From NCBI GenBank assembly GCA_965662415.1, contig CBFIHB010000003.1, forward strand, positions 1 to 38,505: 38,505 bases of DNA. Reading direction: 5' to 3'. The position numbers were made by a program, and so were the translations under genes. Shown piece after piece: positions 12,364-23,652 of this stretch; within the stretch, counting starts at the first letter, position 1; each line of letters begins with the position of its first letter. The notes beneath the pieces are model-generated. The model was given only the letters and a program-made list of their open reading frames with translations. It made no database searches and was not told where the DNA came from. This DNA comes from Actinomycetes bacterium. GTDB lineage: Bacteria > Actinomycetota > Actinomycetes > S36-B12.

Positions 12364-13077
12364 CTAGCTCAAGCGTGGCAGGTACTCCGCTAGGTCCGCC
12401 GGCCGCAATCCCGCCTTTCGCGCGATACGTAGGGCCTTGTTCAAATCCTGAGCAAGATCAGGACCGAAGTGCAGCAGGATTATCGATCCGCGGCGAAGTT
12501 TGCCATCGCGGTAGTCGACCCGCCCATCATGAATCACCGTGTCCCACATGACGATGCGTTCGATGCCACATCGCCGCGACACAGCACGCACGCGCGGACT
12601 ATCCGCAGCCGCGCCGTAAGGGGGCCGCATCATCCACGGCATCGAGTCGAAGTCACGGGTGAGTTTCCGTTGGGTGTAACAGATCTCATGATCGAGATCG
12701 GTCGAGACGAGCGAGAACGACGCATGTGTCGCACTGTGATTTTGCACCGAACCCAACGCCGAGACTCGCTCGAAATAGCGCGAACGATCCTTGACGGTCC
12801 ATGCCGTCAGGAAACTGGTGACCGGGATGTCCCTCGTTTCGACTAGTCGTCGAGCAGCCGGATCCTTGTGAATGCCGTCGTCGATAGTGATGAATACGAC
12901 GTCGTCATCGGTGTCCACTCGGTAAACAGGGCGCAGATCCGGGAGGACCGCGTAGCCACTGGGCTTGCCGGTCGATCGAACATCTTCGACCGCGGGGGAC
13001 GTGGCTGCCTGACTTATCGGTGCCAGTGCGAGGGCCGCGGCCACACCGGCAGCCAGAGCCGCCGTCACTACGCGCAC
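12364..13077 (-). CDS. Secreted polysaccharide deacetylase (CE4/NodB)
   Basis: Signal peptide; TIDDG, NHSATH, RPPYG and ILLH motifs; AGGAG RBS. Confidence 0.88.
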   Translation of the reverse strand: MRVVTAALAAGVAAALALAPISQAATSPAVEDVRSTGKPSGYAVLPDLRPVYRVDTDDDVVFITIDDGIHKDPAARRLVETRDIPVTSFLTAWTVKDRSRYFERVSALGSVQNHSATHASFSLVSTDLDHEICYTQRKLTRDFDSMPWMMRPPYGAAADSPRVRAVSRRCGIERIVMWDTVIHDGRVDYRDGKLRRGSIILLHFGPDLAQDLNKALRIARKAGLRPADLAEYLPRLS

Positions 13078-13153
13078 GTGGATCTCCTAGGTCAGGGGAA
13101 GTAGGCCCGTGAGCCATGACCGAGCCCTCAGTGTACGCCAGCAGCGGGTGTGA

Positions 13154-14176
13154 TTAGGAGGAGTCGTCGACCAACAGTTGTTGAACATCGAACGTCGAGG
13201 TTGCCGGGAATCCGGCACGTGAAGGTGACACGCCCTGGCGGATCAACCGCGCCCCGAGGGCAGCCACCATCGCCCCGTTATCGGTGCACAGGTCAGCGCG
13301 AGGGACCCGGAGTCGGACCCCCGCACTGTCGCATCGGGATTCAGCCATGGCCCGAAGTCGGGAATTGGCCGCTACCCCACCCCCAAGCACCAGGTGATCG
13401 ATACCCAGATCACCGCAGGCTGCTACTGCTTTGCGGGTGAGCACATCGGCCACCGCCTCCTGGAAACTCGCAGCTAGGTCAGCGGTCGGGATCTGCTCGT
13501 CACGCAATGCCCGAGACACCGCCGTCTTCAAACCGGAGAAGGAGAAGTCGTAGCGATGCTTCGGATCGTGCGCCAAGGCCCGGGGTAGGTCGATGGCATC
13601 CGCGCGCCCATCCTTGGCGATCCGGTCGATTTGTGGACCACCGGGAAAGGGCAGGTCGAGCAACCGGCCCACCTTGTCGAAGGCCTCGCCTGCGGCATCA
13701 TCGAGTGTTCGACCGAGAGCCTCCACCCGTCCTCCCGACATGACCAGCAACGAGGAATGTCCGCCGGAGACCAAAAGGGCGACTAACGGATCGGGAAGTT
13801 CTCCGTGCTGCAATTCATCCACCGCCACGTGCGCCGCTAGATGGTTGACCGCGAACACGTCAACACCCAATCCGGCAGCCAGACCCTTGGCCGCCGCAAC
13901 CCCGACAAGTAACGATCCGACGAGTCCTGGGCCTGCGGTGACAGCGATCGCATCGACGTCCGTCAACTCGATCCGGGCTCGAGCGCACGCTTCATCGACC
14001 GCGGGCCCGATCGCATCAACGTGTGCGCGGCTGGCCACCTCGGGAACAACTCCACCGAATCGCGCTTGATCGTCGATACTCGATGAGATCACGTTGGCCG
14101 CCAGCGAGCCATCGATCACCACGCCGACGCCCGTCTCATCGCAGGACGTCTCGATGCCAAGCACTACCGAACTCAT
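13154..14176 (-). CDS. tsaD: tRNA t6A37 threonylcarbamoyltransferase TsaD
   Basis: [50 protein letters not shown]. Confidence 0.97.
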   Translation of the reverse strand: MSSVVLGIETSCDETGVGVVIDGSLAANVISSSIDDQARFGGVVPEVASRAHVDAIGPAVDEACARARIELTDVDAIAVTAGPGLVGSLLVGVAAAKGLAAGLGVDVFAVNHLAAHVAVDELQHGELPDPLVALLVSGGHSSLLVMSGGRVEALGRTLDDAAGEAFDKVGRLLDLPFPGGPQIDRIAKDGRADAIDLPRALAHDPKHRYDFSFSGLKTAVSRALRDEQIPTADLAASFQEAVADVLTRKAVAACGDLGIDHLVLGGGVAANSRLRAMAESRCDSAGVRLRVPRADLCTDNGAMVAALGARLIRQGVSPSRAGFPATSTFDVQQLLVDDSS

Positions 14177-14622
14177 GAGGCAGCCAGCGGACGCAACTGC
14201 AGGATCAATGCATCCGATCCATCGGGGTAGTAGGAAGAACGGCGACTAATCACCGCGAAGCCGCGTCGCCCATACAAAGCGAGTGCGGCTTCGTTGTCAG
14301 CGCGCACTTCCAATGTCATGGATCGCGCCCCAGCCGAGCCAGCCGATGCGATCGCCACGTCCAGCAATTGCCCGCCAACTCCCCGCCCACGATGCTCGTC
14401 GGCTATCGCGAGAGTTTGGACGTCGCTTTCGGGGGCGAGAAGGAAGATTCCGCAGTAGCCGACGATCACGTCATCGCTCCATGCGACCTGGTAGCGGCGT
14501 GTGGGCTGAGCGAGTTCCGTCCAGAACTGCTCGATAGTCCAGGTGTCGCGGGGAAAGCACTGTTGCTCGAGTTCATGGACCTGCGGAATGTCCCACCAGC
14601 GCATCGTTCGGATCTCGATCAT
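14173..14622 (-). CDS. rimI: Ribosomal-protein-alanine N-acetyltransferase
   Basis: GNAT motif HRGRGVG, LEVRADN, RSSYY. Lies between tsaB and tsaD. Confidence 0.92.
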   Translation of the reverse strand: MIEIRTMRWWDIPQVHELEQQCFPRDTWTIEQFWTELAQPTRRYQVAWSDDVIVGYCGIFLLAPESDVQTLAIADEHRGRGVGGQLLDVAIASAGSAGARSMTLEVRADNEAALALYGRRGFAVISRRSSYYPDGSDALILQLRPLAAS

Positions 14623-15290
14623 GACCCTGGCCCCGCGGGCAAAGTGACATCTGGCTGCCGCAGGTACAAGGGTGTGGGGTGGAACAGCGGTCCGGTACCC
14701 AAGGCGAAGTTCTGGGCGTCGTTGCCGTGTGGCACCAAGGCACCCTCGACCGGGTGCGGTTTGACACCGGATGCGAGCAAGACGGCCACCTCGTGCGCCA
14801 AGACCGACGGATCGATCTCGATCTCCTCGAAAGTGCGCTCTCGGGGAATCTCGGTCAGCACCATGGGTCCGGCGATGCGCTGCACACGATCACCTACCGA
14901 GTAACGAGCCCAATAGACCTCGCTCCTACGGGCGTCGGCAGTGATCGCGAAAAGCGCTCCATGCGCCAGTGTCGGAGATTCGGACCGCGCACACTGCCAA
15001 GCCCGGGCATCCAACGAGCACACGCCCAAGACCGGAACCGACCATGCGCGACCCAACCCGATCGCGAAGGCGATCCCCACTCGCAAGCCCGAGTACGGGC
15101 CAGGACCGATGCCCACGGCGATCGCTTCCACTGTCGTTACATCGGAGATGGCTGGTGAGATCGTGTCAGCGAACAACAAGTCGATGCCCTCAGCGTGGCG
15201 TCGGCCCCCGGGCATGCGCGCCTGAACTCCAGGTCCTGCGAGCGAGCCGGTGCCCATTACCGTCACCGCACTCGAGGTATCGACGGCCAC
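14619..15290 (-). CDS. tsaB: t6A complex subunit TsaB
   Basis: AVDTS, RHAE, VGIGPGPYSGLRVG, DARRSEVY, PLYLRQPD. Start codon uncertain. Confidence 0.9.
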   Translation of the reverse strand: MAVDTSSAVTVMGTGSLAGPGVQARMPGGRRHAEGIDLLFADTISPAISDVTTVEAIAVGIGPGPYSGLRVGIAFAIGLGRAWSVPVLGVCSLDARAWQCARSESPTLAHGALFAITADARRSEVYWARYSVGDRVQRIAGPMVLTEIPRERTFEEIEIDPSVLAHEVAVLLASGVKPHPVEGALVPHGNDAQNFALGTGPLFHPTPLYLRQPDVTLPAGPGS

Positions 15291-15742
15291 GATCCTGAAG
15301 CGGTCTCGACAGCTGTGAGCAGGGCGCGGGATACGGGACCTCGCGCAATGAACTCCAAGGTCCGCGCATCGTCATCGATGGCGAATCGGACCTCCAGGCG
15401 ATCCTCCGGTAACGCCGCAAGAACCCGGTCACCCCATTCGACTACGAGCACCCCGCTCTCGTAGTCCAGGTCCAGATCATCCCACTCCTGAAGTGAATGC
15501 ACTCGATAGGCATCGACGTGCACGAGATCCTCGCGTTCCCCCCGATGCTCACGAGCAACGACGAAAGTCGGGCTCGTAACCGCCTCCCGCACGCCCAGGG
15601 CTGCACCAAGCCCCTGCGTAAAGGTCGTCTTGCCTGCCCCCAACTCCCCGATCAGGATCACGGCGATGCCTGCATTCGCCAGACTGCCGAGAACCCAGCC
15701 CAATTCACGGGTGCGCTCGACGCTTTCACTGCGGATGATCAC
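15263..15742 (-). CDS. tsaE: t6A complex ATPase TsaE
   Basis: GELGAGKTTF, VTSPTF, HVDAYR, VEWG. Confidence 0.95.
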   Translation of the reverse strand: MIIRSESVERTRELGWVLGSLANAGIAVILIGELGAGKTTFTQGLGAALGVREAVTSPTFVVAREHRGEREDLVHVDAYRVHSLQEWDDLDLDYESGVLVVEWGDRVLAALPEDRLEVRFAIDDDARTLEFIARGPVSRALLTAVETASGSWPSIPRVR

Positions 15743-16845
15743 GCGACACTGCGCTCAGACTCAAGGCCACGCCGCACGCGCTCGATCAGCCCCCAGATGA
15801 GTTCGGTGACCTCTCCAGGATGCTCGAGCATGACCATGTGTCCGGCATCACCGAGCACCGCGAACTCCGCACCCGGGATAGCGGCGACGATGTCTTCGCT
15901 GAGCGTCGGTGGAGTCAGGCGATCCTTCTCACCGACGATCACGAGCACCTCGGCCTTTTGCAGTATCGGGAGCATCGCGTGCTTGTCGTGGTCTTGCAGC
16001 GCGGGCAGGAATTCCGCTACGACCTCCAACGACGTTCCCGCAATCATCGATGCCACGAATCGACTCACCCGATCAGAAGTTGGGGAGCCGAAGGAGTACA
16101 TCCGGGTGAGCAGCAAGCCGAAATCGCTCTCGTCCCATCCATCGATGAGATTTGCACGCTTGGCAAGCGTCGCGGCGATCGGAGGCGCGACAGTCTGGAC
16201 GAGACGGCCAAGCGGTTGCGGGAAGCCCAGCGAGTTCGCGGCCACATCTCCCGCGGTGGTGGCGATGAGTCCGATGCCACGGATGCGGTCACCGATTTCG
16301 TCCGGATGAGCTTCGGCGTATGCCATCACACTCATTCCGCCCATCGAGTGTCCGATCAAGATCACCGGACCGCTGGGGACGACAGCCTCAAGAACCGCGG
16401 CAAGATCGAGACCGAGTTGTTCGATGTGATGGGACTCGTAGTTCGCTCGACCGGAGCGACCATGACTGCGTTGGTCGTAGAACACCATGCGAACCCGACC
16501 CCGCAGTCCCTCGCGCTGGAAGTGCCAGGAATCCTGGTTCAAGGCATAACCGTGCGCGAAGACGACCGTGAGGTCAGGCTCCTTTGCAGCATCGGGCGCA
16601 CTGGTTGGGTCCGCTGGTTCAACTTCATCGACTTCGACGTGCAATACGGTTCCGTCGGCGGTGACGATCTCCCGTTGCTCACCACGCAAAGTGCCGAGAT
16701 CGGCACCGGCACCTTCCGCCACCGGAAGCGCCGTACGCCTTATCAGGGCCCGTTCAGCTAGCACCCCGACCGCAGCGCCAGCAGCCAGTACACCGGCGGC
16801 GGCCAAGCCACGGCCGGCCACCCGGACAGCGGAGGTCAGTTCCAT
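15739..16845 (-). CDS. Alpha/beta hydrolase
   Basis: HGY, YDQRSHGRS, GHSMGG nucleophile, D (GEKDRLTP), GHM. Start set at ATG 16845 to avoid overlapping alr. Confidence 0.9.
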   Translation of the reverse strand: MELTSAVRVAGRGLAAAGVLAAGAAVGVLAERALIRRTALPVAEGAGADLGTLRGEQREIVTADGTVLHVEVDEVEPADPTSAPDAAKEPDLTVVFAHGYALNQDSWHFQREGLRGRVRMVFYDQRSHGRSGRANYESHHIEQLGLDLAAVLEAVVPSGPVILIGHSMGGMSVMAYAEAHPDEIGDRIRGIGLIATTAGDVAANSLGFPQPLGRLVQTVAPPIAATLAKRANLIDGWDESDFGLLLTRMYSFGSPTSDRVSRFVASMIAGTSLEVVAEFLPALQDHDKHAMLPILQKAEVLVIVGEKDRLTPPTLSEDIVAAIPGAEFAVLGDAGHMVMLEHPGEVTELIWGLIERVRRGLESERSVA

Positions 16846-16865
16846 CGGCGCCATTCTTGCGCGGC

Positions 16866-18008
16866 TCAGTCCCCCGACCGGTAGCGGCGTGGGATGCGTG
16901 GACCCAACCGCGTCACGATCTCGTATCCGATGGTGTCTGTTCGCTCGGCCCACTCGTCGGCCGTGGGCTCGGTCAGATCCCCGGCACCGAAGCACCGGAC
17001 TTCATCGCCGGCGTGGTCTCGCGCGTCGGGTCCGAGATCGACCACGAACTGATCCATCGCCACCCGGCCGATGATCGGGCAGCGCCGATCCGCGATTTGC
17101 ACCTCGACGCGGTTGGAGGCCGAGCGGGGGATGCCGTCGCCGTAGCCAACGGGGACGAGACCGACCATCGTGTCCGTAGGCACCTGCCAACTACCCCCGT
17201 AGGAGACCCAGGTTCCCGCCGCTATCGGCTTGACCAAGGCAAGCCGGGCGCGCAGCGTCATGGCCGGCCGCAAGCCCAGATCTGCCGCGCTTCCCATCTG
17301 CTCCCCCGGAGTGAGCCCGTACAAGGCGATACCCGAGCGAACCAGGTCGAATGCGAGATCGGGGCGCGACAGTGCGGCGGCACTGGCCGCCAAGTGGCGC
17401 AGGTGGGGCTGCACACCGATGGCGTCGGCTTCATCCAAGGATGCGGTGAAGGCCGCCGCCTGGGTATCGGTGCGTGGATCGCCCGGGACATCCGCGCTAC
17501 CAAGGTGAGACCAGATCCCCACCACCTCGACATGCCCCATGTCCTGCGCTGCCTTCGCCGCTTCCACCAGCGCAGGCCATGCGCCGTGGACAGCGCCGTT
17601 TCGTGCCAAGCCCGTGTCTACCTTCAGGTGGATGCGGGCCCGCCGCCCCAGGCTTCGAGCCGCGTCGACGACTTCCGCGAGCGACCAGCCATCGGAGACC
17701 GACAGGTCTATATCCGCAGCCACACAATCGATGATCGATCGATCCCCCGGCGACCACAGCCAGGCAAGCACCCGGCCCCGATCTCCGCTCGCGCGCAAGG
17801 CCAACGCCTCGGTCGGCAGTGCAACGCCGAGCCACTGTGCGCCAACGTGCCGCAACCATGGAGCCACCCGATCGACCCCATGCCCGTAGGCATCGGCCTT
17901 GACCACCGCCATGACCGGCACCCCAACCTCGCCCACACGCGTGAAGTTCGCGCCGATGGAATCGAGGTCCACTGTGGCCACCGCTCGGGTCGGATCTCCG
18001 CTCAACAT
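16866..18008 (-). CDS. alr: Alanine racemase
   Basis: AVVKADAYGHG PLP-lysine motif, HLKVDTG, GYGDG, GRVAMDQ, TIGYEI. ATG 18008 overlaps the nnr stop. Confidence 0.96.
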   Translation of the reverse strand: MLSGDPTRAVATVDLDSIGANFTRVGEVGVPVMAVVKADAYGHGVDRVAPWLRHVGAQWLGVALPTEALALRASGDRGRVLAWLWSPGDRSIIDCVAADIDLSVSDGWSLAEVVDAARSLGRRARIHLKVDTGLARNGAVHGAWPALVEAAKAAQDMGHVEVVGIWSHLGSADVPGDPRTDTQAAAFTASLDEADAIGVQPHLRHLAASAAALSRPDLAFDLVRSGIALYGLTPGEQMGSAADLGLRPAMTLRARLALVKPIAAGTWVSYGGSWQVPTDTMVGLVPVGYGDGIPRSASNRVEVQIADRRCPIIGRVAMDQFVVDLGPDARDHAGDEVRCFGAGDLTEPTADEWAERTDTIGYEIVTRLGPRIPRRYRSGD

Positions 18009-19504
18009 GGCAACCGCCCCCGGCGCACTCCGGCGATCACATCGGGCATTACCCGTATGAGGTCTTCGGCGACGATCGGCCGGTCCACCTGGGTTGCACA
18101 CCTGCCCGCCATTCCATGCAACCAGACCGCCGCCGCAACCACCTGAGCGGCGGTTATGCCCTTGCTGTTGTCTTCGTCGTCTATCTGCGCATTGTGTGCC
18201 AGTAGTCCGCCGACCAGGCCGGACAGGACGTCGCCACTGCCTGCGGTAGCTAGCGCGGGTGTTCCTGCGGTGTCGATGAAGCCTCCGCCCACGGGATCCT
18301 CCACAACGGTCGCCGGGCCCTTTCGAACCACGATGGCACCGATCGCCGCCGCGGCATCTGGTCGATCACCGAAGAGGGCCGCATGCTCACCGGCATGAGG
18401 TGTCAGCACGGTTGTCAGTCCGCGTTGATGGCGAGCATGGACTCGATCCCTAAGGCCGTGATCCGCCGCGAGGGCACCCAACGCCCCGGCATCGAGAACC
18501 ACTGGAACCTCACACTCCAACACCGCCGAGATCAACTCGACGTCGTGATGATCCCCCACGAATCCGGGTCCGCATACCCACGCCCGAACTCGCCCCATAG
18601 CGCGTGGATCGTCATGGGCGGATACGACCTCCGGGTATGCACGAATCACCTCGGCAGCCACACCGTCCTTGCGATCGATGATGCACGTCATGCCCGCACC
18701 GGCGTAGCGCGCACCACCCACAGTCAATACCGCAGCCCCCGGGTAGCGCTGACTCCCGGCGGCGATTCCGACCACGCCCCGCCGGTACTTGTGATCCTCG
18801 ATACGTGGTTCGCCGATCATCGGCACGATGTCGGAGGCCTCGAGTACCTGCCAGTGCGACGCACCCGCATACTCGTCCAAGCCGATATCGATAAGGCGCA
18901 CCGCTCCGGTGAATTCGCGGCCCGGCATGGCGAACAAACCCCGCTTGGCCAAGCCGAAGGTGACGGTGAGATCGGCGTTGAAGGCAGTTTCCTCGCCGAC
19001 CGCTCCACTATCGGGATCCACCCCGCTCGGGATATCGACCGCGACCCGCAGGGCATCGGCTCGATTCGCGCGGGCAACCATGGATGCGACATCGGCGCGC
19101 AGCGGTCCGCTCGCCCCGATTCCCACGATGCCATCGAGGATGAGATCGGCTTGCGCGAGCAATTGGTCCGGTGCCGTCCCGGCATCCACGAGCCGACCGC
19201 CCGCGGCAAGTAACGCCAGAGCCCCAGCCTCGTGTCGACCCATCGCCAAGGGGACCGCAATTACCTGAGCTCCGCGCCGCTGCAGTTCGGCTCCCGCGAA
19301 AAGTGCATCGCCTCCGTTGTTGCCTGAGCCCACCAACACGACTATGCGTCGTCCGGCAACTCCGCCCGTTACCTCGTGCAGAAGACGGGCGCACTCCACG
19401 GCCAACCCGAAGGACGCACGCGCCATCAAGGATCCCGCAGGCACACGGGCCATAACGTCCTCTTCGGCAGCGCGAATATCGGCCACCGGGTAGAGGCCCA
19501 ACAT
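18002..19504 (-). CDS. nnr: Bifunctional NAD(P)H-hydrate epimerase/dehydratase
   Basis: GSGNNGGD, VDIPSG, HKYRRG, VLDAG, LTPHAGE, LATAGSGDVLSG. TGATG coupling to glmS. Confidence 0.93.
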   Translation of the reverse strand: MLGLYPVADIRAAEEDVMARVPAGSLMARASFGLAVECARLLHEVTGGVAGRRIVVLVGSGNNGGDALFAGAELQRRGAQVIAVPLAMGRHEAGALALLAAGGRLVDAGTAPDQLLAQADLILDGIVGIGASGPLRADVASMVARANRADALRVAVDIPSGVDPDSGAVGEETAFNADLTVTFGLAKRGLFAMPGREFTGAVRLIDIGLDEYAGASHWQVLEASDIVPMIGEPRIEDHKYRRGVVGIAAGSQRYPGAAVLTVGGARYAGAGMTCIIDRKDGVAAEVIRAYPEVVSAHDDPRAMGRVRAWVCGPGFVGDHHDVELISAVLECEVPVVLDAGALGALAADHGLRDRVHARHQRGLTTVLTPHAGEHAALFGDRPDAAAAIGAIVVRKGPATVVEDPVGGGFIDTAGTPALATAGSGDVLSGLVGGLLAHNAQIDDEDNSKGITAAQVVAAAVWLHGMAGRCATQVDRPIVAEDLIRVMPDVIAGVRRGRLPC

Positions 19505-21348
19505 CACTCGACCGTGACGGACTTGGCGAGATTGCGAGGCTGGTCGACGTCGTGTCCCTTCAAGGTGGCCAGTTCACAGGCGAATACCTGCAGAGGAACA
19601 GTCGACACGAGCGGCTGCATGAGCGTGGGAGTCTCGGGGACCCGGATAACGTGATCGGCGAACGGAACGATCGATTCATCGCCCTCCTCGGCGATGGCGA
19701 TCACCCGAGCGCCGCGAGCCCGGACTTCCTGGATGTTCGACACGATCTTGCCGTGCAGGACCGCACGCCCCTTGGGCGATGGAACGACGACGATCACCGG
19801 CACACCGTCTTCGATCAAGGCGATGGGGCCGTGCTTCAACTCCCCCGCGGGAAATCCCTCCGCGTGCATGTAGGCCAGTTCCTTGAGTTTCAACGCGCCC
19901 TCGAGCGCCACCGGATAGCCGACATGCCTACCAAGGAACAGCACCGACGTGGCTTCTCGATACTCGCGGGCCAGGGCTCGAATCGGCTCAACGGTGTCGA
20001 GCACCAGATCGACCTTCTGCGGCATATCCCGAAGATCGTCGAGAATCGCCCGGATCTCGTCTTCGAACATCGCTCCGCGCGCCTGAGCCAGGTACAGGCC
20101 GACTAGGTAGGCCGCGATGATCTGGGTCAAGAAAGCCTTGGTCGATGCCACGGCGATCTCCGGGCCGGCGTAGGTGTACAACACTGCATCCGATTCCCGC
20201 GGGATCGTCGAGCCGACGGTGTTGCAGATCGCGAGAGTTCGCGCACCCTGGGATTTGGCGTAACGAAGCGCCATGAGTGTGTCCATGGTCTCGCCGGACT
20301 GGGAGATGGCGATCACCAGCGAATCCGGGCCGACAATCGGATCCCGATAGCGGAATTCACTGGCCAACTCGACATCTACCGGCAGCTTGGTCCAATGCTC
20401 GATGGCGTACTTGGCCACCATGCCCGCATGCGCTGCGGTACCACAGGCAACGACAACGACCTTGGTTACCTCTCGCAAGATCCGGTCATCGAGATCGGTC
20501 TCATCGAGTTGGATGCGCTGTTCGGAGTTCACTCGTCCGCGTAGAGAGTCGGCAACAGCCTTGGGCTGTTCGGCGATCTCCTTGAGCATGAACAGATCGA
20601 AGCCGCCTTTCTCCGCAGCCGAAGCGTCCCAATCGATGGAGAACGGTTTGGCTTCGACTGGCGCACCTGAGAAGTCGAGAACCTCGACCGAATCGGAGCG
20701 CAGCACAACGATCTGGTCTTGCCCTAACTCCAGCGCCTCGCGTGTGTGTTCGACGAAGGCAGCAACATCGCTAGCCAGGAAGTTCTCCCCTTCTCCGAGT
20801 CCGACCACGAGAGGCGAGCTCCGACGCGCCCCGACGACTGTTGTCGGATCGTGCGGGTCCATCGCAACGAGCGTGAAGGCTCCCTCGAGTCGATGACATA
20901 CGACTTGCATCGCAGTCGTGAGATCGGAGTCGGGCATTACTTCGGCGAGCAGATGGGCTACCACCTCGGTGTCGGTCTCCGAGGTGAGAACGACTCCCCG
21001 ACCTTCTAGTTCTGCGCGCAGTTCGGCAAAGTTCTCGATGATGCCGTTGTGAATGACCGCGATTCGTCCGTCTTCGCTCACGTGTGGATGCGCGTTGTGA
21101 TCGGTCGGTCCACCGTGCGTCGCCCAGCGGGTATGCCCGATACCGGTCGTGGATTGCGGCAACGGATCCTGACCGATGAGGGTCTCCAAATTCGCGAGTT
21201 TGCCGGCCTTCTTGCGCACCTCGAGACGGCCCTCACTGATAACGGCCACGCCCGCGGAGTCGTAGCCGCGGTACTCCAAGCGACGCAGGCCGGACACGAT
21301 CACTTCGAGGGCCTGCTTCTCGCCTACGTAGCCGACGATTCCGCACAT
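19504..21348 (-). CDS. glmS: Glutamine--fructose-6-phosphate transaminase
   Basis: Start MCGIVGY, LEYRGYDSAG, GHTRWATHG, SQSGET, PRNLAKSVTVE. Confidence 0.98.
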   Translation of the reverse strand: MCGIVGYVGEKQALEVIVSGLRRLEYRGYDSAGVAVISEGRLEVRKKAGKLANLETLIGQDPLPQSTTGIGHTRWATHGGPTDHNAHPHVSEDGRIAVIHNGIIENFAELRAELEGRGVVLTSETDTEVVAHLLAEVMPDSDLTTAMQVVCHRLEGAFTLVAMDPHDPTTVVGARRSSPLVVGLGEGENFLASDVAAFVEHTREALELGQDQIVVLRSDSVEVLDFSGAPVEAKPFSIDWDASAAEKGGFDLFMLKEIAEQPKAVADSLRGRVNSEQRIQLDETDLDDRILREVTKVVVVACGTAAHAGMVAKYAIEHWTKLPVDVELASEFRYRDPIVGPDSLVIAISQSGETMDTLMALRYAKSQGARTLAICNTVGSTIPRESDAVLYTYAGPEIAVASTKAFLTQIIAAYLVGLYLAQARGAMFEDEIRAILDDLRDMPQKVDLVLDTVEPIRALAREYREATSVLFLGRHVGYPVALEGALKLKELAYMHAEGFPAGELKHGPIALIEDGVPVIVVVPSPKGRAVLHGKIVSNIQEVRARGARVIAIAEEGDESIVPFADHVIRVPETPTLMQPLVSTVPLQVFACELATLKGHDVDQPRNLAKSVTVE

Positions 21349-21385
21349 GCCCGCAAGACTACGCCCGGGATGGGAAGGTAGGGCT

Positions 21386-22366
21386 GTGCTCACCGTGCGG
21401 GTCGCTTGCAGTGCCGACCTCAGTCAGCGCTGCGAAGAGATTCTCCAGGCGACACCGAGCCTGACCGGGCTATCGATCTACCGCGATGCCGGTGTCGATC
21501 CGAAGGGGGATGTATTCGAAGCTCAGGTCGAGCGAGATGCGGTCAATGACCTCGTCCACGCCCTGACCGAACTCGGAATCCCGCAAAGCGGTTCGATCCA
21601 GATCGACCAACCGCAAGCGTGGGTGTCGCAACGGGCGTTGCACGCAGAGGAGACTTCACCGGATTCCGACAACGTGGTCTGGGCGCAGGTCATCGAACAG
21701 GCGTACGAACAGTCCAAGGTCACCCCTGTCTTCCTCGCCTTCATGACCATGGCGACCTTGCTGGCCGCGGTAGCCGTCATCACCGATTCACCAATCCTCG
21801 TCGTGGGAGCGATGGTCCTCGGTCCGGAATTCATGTCCGTGATCGCGATGGGGCTGGCTTTGGTTCGCAGACGGCGAGCCTTATTGAGCCAAGCAGCGCG
21901 GACCCTGGTGGTCGGCTTCGCCTTCTCGATTGCCGCCACGGTCGGCTTCGTGGCGATCGCCCGCGGCATCGGACTCGCAACGGTCGCGGACGTCAGCTCC
22001 GAGCGCCCGGGTGTGTCCTTCATCTATTCGCCGAATGCCTGGTCGCTGATAGTCGCGGTGATCGCGGCGGCTGCCGGAGTCCTTGCCCTGACCACATCAC
22101 AATCGACCGGGATTATCGGTGTCTTCATCTCCGTCACCACCATCCCAGCGGCGGGCAACATCGCGGTTGGCTTGGTCTTCGCGCAGTGGAATCAGGTGCT
22201 CGGCAGCGCACTGCAACTGGCGATCAACATCACCGGGATGGCGCTGGCTGGCTGGGCCACCTTGGTGATTCGCCAGCGAATGAGCGAACGGACTAGTCGA
22301 GAGCTAGCTCAGCGCTCACCACGGCGGCTATGGCGCCGGCTAGTCGCTCCGCGTCATCACTCGTAG
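21386..22366 (+). CDS. DUF389-family membrane protein
   Basis: [30 protein letters not shown], about 7 hydrophobic segments. GTG 21386 avoids overlap with glmS. Confidence 0.85.
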   Translation: MLTVRVACSADLSQRCEEILQATPSLTGLSIYRDAGVDPKGDVFEAQVERDAVNDLVHALTELGIPQSGSIQIDQPQAWVSQRALHAEETSPDSDNVVWAQVIEQAYEQSKVTPVFLAFMTMATLLAAVAVITDSPILVVGAMVLGPEFMSVIAMGLALVRRRRALLSQAARTLVVGFAFSIAATVGFVAIARGIGLATVADVSSERPGVSFIYSPNAWSLIVAVIAAAAGVLALTTSQSTGIIGVFISVTTIPAAGNIAVGLVFAQWNQVLGSALQLAINITGMALAGWATLVIRQRMSERTSRELAQRSPRRLWRRLVAPRHHS

Positions 22367-23648
22367 CAGCTTCGACCATCACACGAATTACCGGCTCGGT
22401 ACCCGACGGACGCAGCAGCACCCGTCCGTAGCCAGCCAACTCTTTCTCCGCATCCAGCACCGCGCGCTGCACCGCAGCACTGGTCGAGATCGCCGATTTG
22501 TCGACACCACCGACGTTCACCAAGACCTGGGGCAACTTCTCGACAGCGGAGGCTAGCTCGGCGAGCGTGCGTCCGGATCTAGCGACCTGCGCTAGCAACT
22601 GCAACGCGGTAAGGACACCATCGCCTGTGGTGGCGAACTCGCTGAGGACGATGTGTCCGCTTTGCTCTCCCCCGAGAACGAAGCCGCGATCGCGCATCTC
22701 TTCCAGAACATAGCGGTCGCCGACCGCCGTTTCAGCGACCACGATCCCAGCCGACTCCATCGCGATCTTGAACCCCATGTTCGCCATCACAGTCGTCACA
22801 ACAGTGTTCTCGACCAATCGTTGGCTATCACGCAAGGCGGTGGCCAAGATGGCGAGAATGTGATCACCATCGACGACCGAACCGTGCGCATCCACCGCGA
22901 GGCACCGGTCCGCATCACCATCGTGTGCGATTCCGGCATCCGCTCCGGTGCGCAATACCTCAGCGATCAGGTCTTCGAGGTGGGTCGATCCGCAGGCGTC
23001 ATTGATGTTCCAGCCGTCGGGCTGATCGTGGATGGCAATCACCTGCGCGCCCGCGCGCTCGAGTACCCGAGGTGCGATTTCGGACGCGGCGCCATTGGCG
23101 CAGTCCACCACCACGCGCAGGCCGGCCAGAGGTGCGTCATCCGGCACCGTGCCAAGGAGGAATTCGGCGTATAGCAACCCGGCGTCGTCCCGGCGGTCCA
23201 CCCGTCCCACTTCCCGACCCGTGGGACGCTGCCACTCTTCCGCGAGCCGAGCTTCGATGGCGTCCTCGAGATCGTCAGCGAGTTTCACACCGCCCCGGGC
23301 GAAGAACTTGATGCCGTTATCCGGCATCGGATTGTGCGAGGCGGACAGCATTACCCCGAGATCGGCACCCCACTCGGCCGTCAGCCAGGCGACCGCCGGG
23401 GTAGGCACCACCCCCACCACGCGTACGTCCACTCCGGCGCTGGCAAGGCCGGCGACGACGGCCGATTCAAGGAACTCCCCGCTAGCCCGCGGATCCCGAC
23501 CGACCACGGCCATGGGCCGGTGACCGGCGAAGGCGCCGGCTTCGGTCAGGACACGAGCCGCCGCGACCGAAAGGTCGAGGGCGAGTTCCGCCGTAACCTC
23601 GGCGTTGGCCAGCCCCCGAACTCCGTCGGTGCCGAATAGCCGGCCCAC
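22293..23648 (-). CDS. glmM: Phosphoglucosamine mutase
   Basis: [35 protein letters not shown]. Confidence 0.97.
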   Translation of the reverse strand: MGRLFGTDGVRGLANAEVTAELALDLSVAAARVLTEAGAFAGHRPMAVVGRDPRASGEFLESAVVAGLASAGVDVRVVGVVPTPAVAWLTAEWGADLGVMLSASHNPMPDNGIKFFARGGVKLADDLEDAIEARLAEEWQRPTGREVGRVDRRDDAGLLYAEFLLGTVPDDAPLAGLRVVVDCANGAASEIAPRVLERAGAQVIAIHDQPDGWNINDACGSTHLEDLIAEVLRTGADAGIAHDGDADRCLAVDAHGSVVDGDHILAILATALRDSQRLVENTVVTTVMANMGFKIAMESAGIVVAETAVGDRYVLEEMRDRGFVLGGEQSGHIVLSEFATTGDGVLTALQLLAQVARSGRTLAELASAVEKLPQVLVNVGGVDKSAISTSAAVQRAVLDAEKELAGYGRVLLRPSGTEPVIRVMVEAATSDDAERLAGAIAAVVSAELALD

Positions 23649-23652
23649 GTGC

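Noticed and set aside
16857-18146. 429-aa plus-strand ORF
   Set aside because: Antisense to alr; Arg/Gly/Pro-rich shadow composition.
21349-21393. glmS ribozyme or N-terminal extension of GlmS
   Set aside because: GlmS needs an N-terminal Cys (MCG at 21348), and only 37 bp lie upstream.
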